Shown in pieces: positions 51,469 to 60,666 of a DNA stretch of 64,000 bases. Position 1 is the stretch's first letter, and each line of letters begins with the position of its first letter. The translations under genes and the position numbers were made by a program. This DNA comes from Minutocellus sp. GHC0000111 (lineage: Eukaryota). Location: NCBI GenBank assembly GCA_977018835.1, contig OZ361260.1:3658001-3722000 (forward strand), in the 5' to 3' direction. Below the pieces are notes generated by a model, which did not search any database, was not told the origin of the DNA, and saw only the letters and a program-made list of their open reading frames with translations.

Positions 51469-52269
51469 ATGGCAACCCTACCACCTCCCAAGCGCAATCA
51501 TTCGAATGCACAGCAGTATGGCACTGGCTTCTCTCCCAGCACAATGTTCGGCAGCACCGAACGGGCTGATCTCTTGTCGATCGAACGTCCTCGTCGCAAG
51601 CGTGTGTCATCCATTGAGATGATGATGAGAGCTCTTCGACTCGAGGAGGAGCAGCTCGACATCAATAGTGACGGAAGCTTCGATTCATTGACTACTGACA
51701 ACCAACAGAATGTAGGCAATCCTCGCGACATCAAGCATGCACCCACGATACGAACATCCAAATCTAACGAAGACACTCGAGATGTTCGCCGACGTATCTT
51801 GACTGAATCGTTGGCCACAGCCAAGACCATTCGCATTAACAATTGCAGCAAGATACCAAAGGCAAGAGCCAAAAGCCTTGAGCCTATGCATCTTTCCATC
51901 TCTGCCAAGGGTGAGGAATCTGTCCACGAAGCCATCTGGACATGCATCATCAATGATGAGGCTGCCGTCTCGGATGAAGAATCGGAAGGGTCAGCCGTCT
52001 ATCACGACTCTCGCGATAGTCTACACGAAGTCACAATGGAGATCATCCGCAACGAACATGCTGAGAGATCCAAAGTCCAGCACTCGACCATCAGACGGAC
52101 TCTCTCTGGGCTCAAAGTCCCGTCGGCCGTCTTCGAATCGTCCAAGTTCATCGAAGAGGATGGACTTATGGTCCTCAAGACACGCTCCACCAGAAAGAAT
52201 CATCGCCACGCTGATAACAGCTCGAGCAATGACTGGAGGCGTAGGAGCTTCAATGCTTCGAGCGCCTAA
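51469..52269 (+). CDS. Hypothetical protein
   Basis: 266-aa ORF with ATG in CAACAATGG context and AT-rich flanks; no recognised domain. Confidence 0.55.
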   Translation: MATLPPPKRNHSNAQQYGTGFSPSTMFGSTERADLLSIERPRRKRVSSIEMMMRALRLEEEQLDINSDGSFDSLTTDNQQNVGNPRDIKHAPTIRTSKSNEDTRDVRRRILTESLATAKTIRINNCSKIPKARAKSLEPMHLSISAKGEESVHEAIWTCIINDEAAVSDEESEGSAVYHDSRDSLHEVTMEIIRNEHAERSKVQHSTIRRTLSGLKVPSAVFESSKFIEEDGLMVLKTRSTRKNHRHADNSSSNDWRRRSFNASSA

Positions 52270-52443
52270 ATGAAAGTAGTGTACGAACGTATTTGTATTC
52301 ATAATGTATATATTCGAAATCAACTTATCGATATCCCAGATTTGGTTTTTAATTCGTGCAGCATAAGTCTACATAAAAAAGGGACAATTGTATTTTCTTG
52401 CTAGCTAGCTAGTAGCCAAAACTAGATCTACTTTTGTATTTCT

Positions 52444-54474
52444 TTACTGTGTTGTCTTTTGTTTCTTTCCTCGAGATGGGGATCCTTGTGAAGCTCCTTT
52501 TCGGACCGATTTCTTCCCTTCCATCCGATTATTTGTACCCGAGGTCTTGACCGCCTTGAGTACCTTCTTGACTCCAGAAGTGATGCCCACGGTCTTCATA
52601 TCATCCTCGCTCATAAATCGCACCTCTCGACCATCAGACGTAAATGCACTGGCATTAGCCAGAGTCCCAGAATCATCTTCTACAACCTCACCATACTCAA
52701 TATGATACGTGTGTCGTACGTGGCTGAAAATATGCTCAATCGAATCGCGGATATTGGTTCGATCTAAAACAAGAGAAGACTCGATCTTGCATAAGAACGA
52801 GTCTAGCGCATCCTTTCGTATCGTTGGATCAATGGTAGGAATGTCTGTTTGCTGCTTTTCGTTCTTCTTCTTGGTTTTTCTCGGCGACGACGCACCCTTC
52901 TTCTTTTCCTTTTTAGCATCAGCGCTGTTCCATACACAGCATGAAGGGAATTCCCACTGATTGGCGAGCAGACCCGATTTCGGTCTCTTGACCATGAGCC
53001 ACTTCTCAACCTTGCCATTGGCATCTTCGTCGGCCATTACGCACCGCAGAGCTGCCAGAGCTAATACCTCCTCCCGCTTCGCTTTCTTAGGAGGTGCGGT
53101 AGGGAACGCAGCATGTCCCATCGTTGCCGATAAGTCGTCACTGCGTTTTTCGCCTGACTCCAAAGCTTGAGAGATATCAAAGAGAACCGTCGATATGCCC
53201 TCGGGATCACAGAGTTTGCAACCCTCCTTGCCCCGAGCTACATTGGTCACCGAAACAAATTCGTCGATATCCATCGACTCCGTCCCTTGCAATCTATTTG
53301 CCATTTCTATACCGATTCTAGTAGACCGATAAAACTCCTTCAGCGGATCTCGATCGTCTATGCCGCTCCCATTCGGTGCGCAGTACGTGGCTCCCAATTC
53401 CATCAATGCCTGGTTGACTTCGCCGGCGTGCTGTCCATCACCAGCCTCGACAATCTGCTGCGCCAGGTCCCACCCCAGCTTGTCCTTGAAGATGGGTGCC
53501 TTGATGTGATTGGCTACGCAAGTAAGGCGAGCCAAAACTCGACAGACATTTCCATCGACGACGGGAACACACTGGTCATGTGCGATGCTGGAAATGGCAC
53601 TGGCCGTATACCGACCAATGCCATCAATGGTCATCAATTCGTCGACCGTCTTGGGAAGTTCCCCGTCGTACTTGTCCACGATCATCTTGGCACCGGAGTG
53701 CAGCATCCTGGCTCGACGGTAAAACCCCAACCCTGCCCAATGGGAGTTGACCTGTTCCTCGGTGGCGTTGGCCAGATCGTGGACAGTGGGGAAGGACTGC
53801 ATCCACTTGGCGTAGTACGGGATGACGGCTTCGACGCGGGTTTGCTGCAACATAATTTCCGATACCCAGGTGCCGTATGCCGAAATTTGTTGTGGTGGCA
53901 GTTCTTCATCTTGCTCCTGCTTTGTTGTAGTCGAGACTGTTTTTGTGCCAGCCTTGGCGGCAAAGAATCTGCTGATCGTGGGCTGCTTTTCTTCCTTGAC
54001 GTCCTTCTTCTTTGCTGCCTGCTTCTTGCTGCCATTTGCCGACTTGCCATTTCCAACATATTTTATACCGGCAGTGCTGCCATCGTACGGCGGTGGGTCG
54101 CCCCGCCAGGGCAATTTGCGTCGATTGGGACGGTACCAGTCCAGCAGGGCCTGGCGAATTTCAGCGGCATCCGACGGGGAGAGATGGTGGTAGTCCACGG
54201 AAGTATGCGTCGCAAACCGATCCAGTTCACTCATTGAGTCGCTCATTTTGGTTGCATGAACAGCCTGATGATAACAACGAGGTGGCGGAGATGTGCTCAA
54301 ACTCGAGAAGGCCTGGACAGCGAGCCGGCGATGCAAGATGCTGCCGCCGCTGCGACTACTAGCAAGGCCACCCGTACACGCAAGACCCGCTAGCCCTATC
54401 GTTATGCTGGCCGCACGGAGCAGCGGTCCTGGAGCGAGCGAGCCGGCATCGCCCTTGCTCCGCGAGCCGGCCAT
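52444..54474 (-). CDS. MUTYH: A/G-specific adenine DNA glycosylase (MutY/MUTYH), [4Fe-4S] motif degenerate; alternative start 54246
   Basis: RRKLPWR, VSEIMLQQTRV, WAGLGFYRRA, GIGRYTASAI, VDGNVCRVLAR, NQALMELGA, GLLANQWEFP and HIFSH motifs. Confidence 0.92.
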   Translation of the reverse strand: MAGSRSKGDAGSLAPGPLLRAASITIGLAGLACTGGLASSRSGGSILHRRLAVQAFSSLSTSPPPRCYHQAVHATKMSDSMSELDRFATHTSVDYHHLSPSDAAEIRQALLDWYRPNRRKLPWRGDPPPYDGSTAGIKYVGNGKSANGSKKQAAKKKDVKEEKQPTISRFFAAKAGTKTVSTTTKQEQDEELPPQQISAYGTWVSEIMLQQTRVEAVIPYYAKWMQSFPTVHDLANATEEQVNSHWAGLGFYRRARMLHSGAKMIVDKYDGELPKTVDELMTIDGIGRYTASAISSIAHDQCVPVVDGNVCRVLARLTCVANHIKAPIFKDKLGWDLAQQIVEAGDGQHAGEVNQALMELGATYCAPNGSGIDDRDPLKEFYRSTRIGIEMANRLQGTESMDIDEFVSVTNVARGKEGCKLCDPEGISTVLFDISQALESGEKRSDDLSATMGHAAFPTAPPKKAKREEVLALAALRCVMADEDANGKVEKWLMVKRPKSGLLANQWEFPSCCVWNSADAKKEKKKGASSPRKTKKKNEKQQTDIPTIDPTIRKDALDSFLCKIESSLVLDRTNIRDSIEHIFSHVRHTYHIEYGEVVEDDSGTLANASAFTSDGREVRFMSEDDMKTVGITSGVKKVLKAVKTSGTNNRMEGKKSVRKGASQGSPSRGKKQKTTQ

Positions 54475-54636
54475 GCCATTTTGCCGCCATCGGCCGAAAT
54501 TGTCGGTCGGACACATGACATGAATATGCTGCAAGCAAGATAGATGGCGCACCCACCTGTTCGTAAAGAGTCAGATTCCTCCCAGCCCAACGCCAAATGC
54601 CTCATTCATCTCTGCCATCGGCCATCTTTCTCAACC

Positions 54637-55187
54637 ATGAAGCTTCTCTCTACACTCGCCTCGGCGCTTCTATTCGCTGGCGCCGCCAGTTCGGTCGACT
54701 TTGACTTCTTCGACTTCGAGGGATGGTACGAAGGTGGATTCTTGAGCGTCGCTGCCGACCCACGCCCCGCTGGTTCGAGGCCGGGCCTTAACATGCTCCT
54801 CAAGTGCGAGGAGGGCGATGGTTCAACGGCAACAGCTGCGATCTGGTCATTCGTGGCCCACCTGGGTTCTCCCTCTGCCCCGACACCAGTACCGAGGGAA
54901 CCGTCTTCACAGGAAAGATCGCCGAGAACCAATTCGATGCCGACAAGGGAGTTGCCAAGTTCAGGCTACTCAAGGTCATTTGCGATGGCATGGAAATGAC
55001 GAATATTCCCATCCCCGTCTTTCCGTTTTCCATTCCCTACGAACCCACGCCCGTTTCCCTCACCATGATGCCCGGTGCGAGCAACAGACATGTCAAATCG
55101 CTCAACTTTACCATTGCCAATGAAGAAGCAGGCCAGTCCGACACTTCTCTCTTCTATAAGCTTGGTGGTGGATTCAAATCGTCGTAG
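54637..55187 (+). CDS. Small secreted protein, apparent frameshift near 54815
   Basis: Signal peptide MKLLSTLASALLFAGAASS; coding-like continuation in ORF 54804-55187. Confidence 0.5.
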
Positions 55188-55445
55188 ATGATGCACTGTC
55201 TTTAAAAATCGCCGTTGAATACTTTTTAGAGAAGAAAACTGCCGTTGAATACTTACTTTTTGGAAGGAAAAACATATTGATTCGAATTGTAATGTGGTTG
55301 CAGACCACTGTATAATATCATGATACATAGTAACTAATGATCCTATAACTACGTAACTAGAAACATCATGTAAATCTAAACGAGGATCTAAAATATACTA
55401 GACTAATGGTCACACCTCTAGGTGGATTTCGACGGTACAAGTTGC

Positions 55446-57797
55446 TCAAGGCAAGAACAGATCCGCGCCCTCAATGCCCCTGCAGCACTCGCAATCGACC
55501 AAATCGGCATGAATACCGGACCACAAGACGAAAAGAAGACATCCCTCCTCCTTTGTGTACGATTGGTGTATGCTGCCAACAGCATTATACAAAATTTGAC
55601 CTTCTCGAGTTGACCGATCAACAAATTTACCTTCCGTGCCCAAGCTTGAAATAGCGCTCATGGACAATTGCAATTGTTCCTTTGCTAGAGCCATGTCATC
55701 ATCATTGGGTTCTTCATAGAGCTTACCGGAATACGCCGACATCGACAGCTCTACACCCCGTTTAAGGTGATTAGATGACATTGAAGCACCAATGAGCCTT
55801 CGTTCCCATAGCTCTCCAACAAGAGGGACAATCAGTTCAACGCTTGGATGGGCGTGCAGCTTAAATTCAAAACCCTTGGGACAGGCGAGAAGCTGAAGCT
55901 TAAGTGGGTGTGAATTTGAGGTACCCTTGGCATTGACTTCGTTGACCAAAATGTCATCGGGAAGGGCATTCAGAAGAGCAGCAAAGTACTGGGAATCAAA
56001 TCGATCCTGTGCTTCTGAAGTTGCAAAGCATGGCGATACATCACTGGAAAGCGGAAGCGAAGAAGCGAGAGTCTCCAAAATCGCCGATGGTGATTCCGAG
56101 AACAGATCTCCGCGATTCAGCCACATGGGCGTTGATAACACAACCTTATCAAGTCCATCAAGCCAACCACGCAAATCTCCTTGGAATTCTGAATCAAGCC
56201 CGATCTTGATACTTGGAAACATGGATTCAGTCGACGGATTTCTATTCCGAGATTCCCACGGTAACAAGCTGGGGCGGTGCTTGATGGAAAGCTTGTGCAT
56301 GACGGGATGCACATGCTCGTCCTGGACAAGTTCGATTACGCAGCAACCATGCTCCTTGGCAGAATTCCAGCTAGACTTGATTGTTTCTGCAATTACCTCT
56401 GGGTTTGATGTTGAAACAACTGAGCCATTGGGATAAGAGTAGGCATCAAAGAGCTTGACATAGTCCGGCGAGCCGATATGGCATCCATCCGCTCGAACTC
56501 TTGGACCCCAAGTTTCATTTTGAACACGACCGAGACGTTTATTGACGATGATGACGACCAATACATTTTTGGCTCCGTGGTCCTTTAGAGTCGCTAATTC
56601 GTTCAAACTCATTTGAATGCCTCCATCTCCTGCTACGATGAGGGTCTTGGGGGTGCTTTCGCCGCTAATATCAGCCTTGTCAGCTGCCGAAAGAGAAGCG
56701 GCAAGACCTGAATTTATGGCATATCCCATAATACCAAGGTGCTCCGACGAAAGGAATCTCTGCCCACGTTTTGCAGCAAGGCTCGATCCCAACCAAAGTG
56801 CATTGTCACCGATATCAGCGCATATAACACTGTCTTCATCAAGGTGCTTCGCCATCACATCAAAGAACACGGCAGGATGGCAATATTCCGTGCTTTTGAC
56901 GTCCTTCGGTTCAATACATTTCCCCTGCAGAAAAGTACTGGGTGTTCCAGTCGGCTTACTTATTGATCCTCTCTTCAGTTCTGCCCAAATATCCGTGGGA
57001 GCTTCAACCTCGTGCGTCTCGCTTTGTTCGCGTGAAAGACTTATCGCCTCGAGAGAAGCCAGCCGACTGTGATGTTGAGGATCACTGCGGACCGATTCCG
57101 CTAAGCCTTGAACAACTTTTCCCAGCGATTCCTTTAGATAGCCACAGCTGAATACGGTGGACGGAGAAAAGCGCAGGGAATCACCGGCAACCAAGCGTTC
57201 ATCAATCTGAATGAGCCTTCGGATCTGTAGACCGGACTTGTTTGTCAGGAGCTCTGTCATATCGTTGAGGCATATGCCGATGATGGTATCAAAGTCTTGC
57301 AGCAAATCAACGGCCGATGGAGTACCAGCATTTCCATACACGCCCACAACACCATATGCCAGCGGATGAGCCTCATCAACGGTGCCCTTGCCGTCGAACG
57401 AAGTCAGAATCGGACAATGTAAGAGCTCGGCCAGACGTTCCACTTCCCGTCCAACCGCATGGGCTCGATATCCGCACGCAATCACCACATGTCGCTTGGA
57501 CTCCAATTCCGTTCGGAGGGCCATGGTCAAGGCATCGACCTGCAACTGTGGGGCGGGCGTCGTCACACGCGACTGGAATGCGGTGCCCAAACAAAAATGC
57601 GACCGACCGACGATGGTGTCCTGCTGCACATTGATCGGAACGGCAAGATGAGTGCATCGATTGGAAGCCAAGGACATGGTGAAGGCATTGCGCGTCAATG
57701 GCAGCAGCTGATGAATATCTGCCACAGTCTCCGACAGTGGTAGACCGGCCATGCGAAATATCGCCGCCTGATAACAACAACGTTCGATCCAACTCAA
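55446..57797 (-). CDS. Thiamine-pyrophosphate enzyme (acetolactate synthase/pyruvate oxidase family) fused to a C-terminal cupin; most of the N-terminal domain is missing
   Basis: Central domain LTSFDGKGTVDEAHPLAYGVVGVYG; ADIGDN, LGIMGYAI and AGDGGIQMSLNELAT...NKRLG TPP motif; cupin FKLHAHPSVE...GSIHQSYTKEEGCLLFVLW. Confidence 0.8.
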   Translation of the reverse strand: MSWIERCCYQAAIFRMAGLPLSETVADIHQLLPLTRNAFTMSLASNRCTHLAVPINVQQDTIVGRSHFCLGTAFQSRVTTPAPQLQVDALTMALRTELESKRHVVIACGYRAHAVGREVERLAELLHCPILTSFDGKGTVDEAHPLAYGVVGVYGNAGTPSAVDLLQDFDTIIGICLNDMTELLTNKSGLQIRRLIQIDERLVAGDSLRFSPSTVFSCGYLKESLGKVVQGLAESVRSDPQHHSRLASLEAISLSREQSETHEVEAPTDIWAELKRGSISKPTGTPSTFLQGKCIEPKDVKSTEYCHPAVFFDVMAKHLDEDSVICADIGDNALWLGSSLAAKRGQRFLSSEHLGIMGYAINSGLAASLSAADKADISGESTPKTLIVAGDGGIQMSLNELATLKDHGAKNVLVVIIVNKRLGRVQNETWGPRVRADGCHIGSPDYVKLFDAYSYPNGSVVSTSNPEVIAETIKSSWNSAKEHGCCVIELVQDEHVHPVMHKLSIKHRPSLLPWESRNRNPSTESMFPSIKIGLDSEFQGDLRGWLDGLDKVVLSTPMWLNRGDLFSESPSAILETLASSLPLSSDVSPCFATSEAQDRFDSQYFAALLNALPDDILVNEVNAKGTSNSHPLKLQLLACPKGFEFKLHAHPSVELIVPLVGELWERRLIGASMSSNHLKRGVELSMSAYSGKLYEEPNDDDMALAKEQLQLSMSAISSLGTEGKFVDRSTREGQILYNAVGSIHQSYTKEEGCLLFVLWSGIHADLVDCECCRGIEGADLFLP

Positions 57798-57801
57798 AGA
57801 T

Positions 57802-59153
57802 ATGCCCCTTATGCCACCGGCGGCACCATCGATGGCTACGTCGCTCCCGGCTGGGACAAGGTCCGTGATGCCTTCTCTAAAAATTGTGCTGACGGGCAGG
57901 AAGTTCAGGCTCAGCTGTGCATCACTCGAGGAGATGGCGAATCGCTTGTGGACCTAATGGGTGTCAACTCCTCCGTTGCTGCTGCAGCCGCTTCGGATAA
58001 GTCCCATGATGAGTACACCCTCGACACAGTCCAGCCCATCTGGTCCTGCGGCAAGAATCTCGAGGTTCTCGTCGTGGCCATCCTCGTAGATCGTGGCCTG
58101 GTTCAGTATGACGATCCCATCTGCAAGCACTGGCCTGCCTTCGCGAAGCAGGGCAAGGGGGGCAGAACTATTGCCGATCTCATGCGCCACAGCGCTGGCA
58201 TGGCCTACTTTGTCGATCCCGAGGATCCCGACAACAAGTTCAACCCGCTCACGGCCGAGGATATTGTTGCGAGAACTCCCATGCACGAGCTCATCGAGAA
58301 CTCGCCACCTCAACAATTCGGCAAAAGTAAGCGCACGTACCATACTTTATCTCGAGGATTTGTCGTGGATGGTCTTCTCAAACACGTCGATCCTCAAGGC
58401 CGAACCATTGGCCAGTTTGCCCGTGACGAGATTTTGATCCCCCTCGGCATTGACGACTCGTACTTTGTATCCCTCCCAGTTGGAGAGAGCGCAAAGGTCT
58501 CGGTCGCCAACCTCTGCCCTCCTCACCCAGCGTACTCCATGCATTTCGATTTTGGACCTGCACTCATGGGAGCCGGAACGCCCGACATGAAGTTCATCCT
58601 TCAATTTCTCAATCCAGCATCGGTCGCCAATCGCTGCCAGCTAGGTGTGAGCGGTTACAAAGATGACGATCCACAGGGAACCGGCATATACATGAATTCG
58701 GGTGGTGCTCCAGCCAGAATTGCGGAGTGCACGAGCGCATGGAGCTTTGCATCAGCTCGAGCTCTAACGAAGGTGCTATCCGTTTTTACAAACGGCGGTG
58801 TGTCGGGTGGAACGCGTATTATATCCACGGAGACGGCAAAGAAGGCTCTAGACAAGATGATATTCGAGGTTGATGAGTTCTCTAGCTTGTCCTGCGAGTT
58901 CAGCCAAGGGGGTATTGGAAATATTCATTCTCTCATGAAGGACTTTGGCTTTGTCGCTGAGGATACTGTGGCGGCATATCAGGGATGGATCGGTTGGTTT
59001 GGATATGGAGGCAGCCTCAATTTTACAAATATTGAGGAGAAGGTCACAGTGTCGTACACCATCACTGGTATGAGTGTGCGCGCTCCTGATCCTCGTGGTC
59101 TTGGAATCATGAAGGCCGTGGCGGAGGTTCTTGAGCGAGACTCACCACAATAA
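57802..59153 (+). CDS. Beta-lactamase/class C-family serine hydrolase (start uncertain)
   Basis: IDGYVAPGWDKVRDAF upstream of the listed ORF in the same frame; SxxK (WSCGK), DDPICKHWPAF, TIADLMRHSAG, YH and GWFGYGGS. The ATG at 57802 is one base out of frame. Confidence 0.8.
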
Positions 59154-59345
59154 TCTGAGCGAAGAAAATGTAGAGAAATCTTGTTGTTTGTGAAGCAAAG
59201 ACTATATAAGACTCTACACTACGTAATAGATTACATCGCGGTGGTCTCAAATTTTTTAAATACCATTTGTCTGAAGGCCCTTCCTCTATACAACAGCACT
59301 CCAAATACTGGACGTCTTTTCCTATCTACACCTCGAGGACAAAAG

Positions 59346-59861
59346 CTATTTGTACATCTCGACAAGATCTCCGCATTTAATCATGTTGCGAGCTTTCTCT
59401 CTAATCTGAGTGTTGCTCCTCTTCTTTAGCTTCGGGGAGTGTTTCTGGATCTGGACCCACTTACCATGCCCATGCTTTTTATAACCCTCCAGGAAAGCCT
59501 TGGTCTCCTCGTCAGTCCACCTCTTGCGTGGGCTTTGATAGCCAGCTCTATCACTAGGGCGTAGAACGTCGTAGTAATTTGCGTTGCGGAGAAGACGCTT
59601 CGCAAGCTTCCGCTTGTGCCCAACTGTCTTGAGGTTGTGCTTCCTACAGAGAGAACGAAGAAGGTCAACGTCGATGTCATCTTCACGATACTCAAACGCC
59701 ATTCTCGCTTCTAGGCGAAGCTTTGCCATGATACTTTTGGCTCCCTCGATGGGACCTTTGCTCTTGAAAAGGGCGGTAGCCTCCTCCATCTGCGCCAATT
59801 TGATCAGGAAGTTGTTGTCGATAGCATTGGAAAAGTCTCTCTGGAATTGTTCGGCATTCAT
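59346..59861 (-). CDS. SAP-domain + telobox-type Myb/SANT protein
   Basis: DVDLLRSLCRKHNLKTVGHKRKLAKRL (SAP pattern) and RKRWTDEETKAFLEGYKKHGHGKWVQI...RSNTQIREKARNM (TRF/TRB-like Myb; LKDKWRN is replaced by IREKARN). Confidence 0.75.
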   Translation of the reverse strand: MNAEQFQRDFSNAIDNNFLIKLAQMEEATALFKSKGPIEGAKSIMAKLRLEARMAFEYREDDIDVDLLRSLCRKHNLKTVGHKRKLAKRLLRNANYYDVLRPSDRAGYQSPRKRWTDEETKAFLEGYKKHGHGKWVQIQKHSPKLKKRSNTQIREKARNMIKCGDLVEMYK

Positions 59862-59927
59862 TTTATTTGATCCGTTTCAGTTGCAATATGAATAATTGCA
59901 GTACGTCGTAGGAATAGAAAAATGTTG

Positions 59928-60435
59928 AACTTTCGGGCGCAGCCCGAAAGTTTCGAGTCGAAAGTTTCCCCGCGAAGCGAAGCGAGCGGTGTCTCCGGCA
60001 CAAAAAACGAGAGGAACGAAAGATACCTTCGTGTTGTGGACAACGAACTGGTCTATGACTTGCCTCTTCGCGATCGATAATATCAAATCCGAGTAGGGTT
60101 AGGGTTTGACCGCAACCCTACCTCGGTCGGGATCAATTCCGATCCCATTTTGATTAGGGTTGCGGGTGGCGAACCTCAGCTGCGTTGGCTCCGATCTCGG
60201 GGGCCCGTGCGTCGCAATTGTTGGTGTCAAGCTTGCCGAATCGATTCCTTCCCAGCGTATTTCAAATCAGACAACAGCAGCTGAGCATTCAGATTCATTC
60301 CTGCTGTCCGTAGTACTGCAATTGTCTGTGGCGCCGACCATGCGATTCGAGCGGAGTCCGGAATGTGCTGCTTCATACGCACCAATTGGTAGCAGCCTTG
60401 TTTACGATGCTGGAAGCAAGGTACGTGTGTGAATT
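59928..60435 (+). ncRNA. Candidate structured non-coding RNA (family unknown) containing TTAGGG motifs; boundaries approximate
   Basis: Contiguous nested helices found by eye, e.g. 60187-60200/60347-60358, 60211-60216/60341-60346, 60220-60229/60329-60338, 60268-60274/60322-60328, 60372-60380/60425-60433; about ten G-U pairs when read on the + strand; no credible ORF. Confidence 0.55.
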
Positions 60436-60666
60436 CTTAATGTTTGAGTGAGGATGCGCCAATATTGGCCTGTAGATACATCTGCATGTGCATGAATGAC
60501 CAATTTGTAATTGGATCTCTTTGTGTTCATGCCTGTCCTGAAGCTTTTGATGAAGCATGAATTATTTTTATGTGCATAACAATGTTCTGTGAGCATGCCG
60601 CATTTGCGCACATGTATAAATTCATGTATGTAATATTGCATCGAATTCTCTAATGGAGCGCATATT

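Noticed and set aside
60177..60435. Identification of the structured region as SRP RNA, RNase P/MRP RNA or an snRNA
   Set aside because: I found no SRP helix-8 (CAGG..GNRA..AGCAG) arrangement, no P4 consensus and no U1/U2/U6 signature; it is left as unknown.
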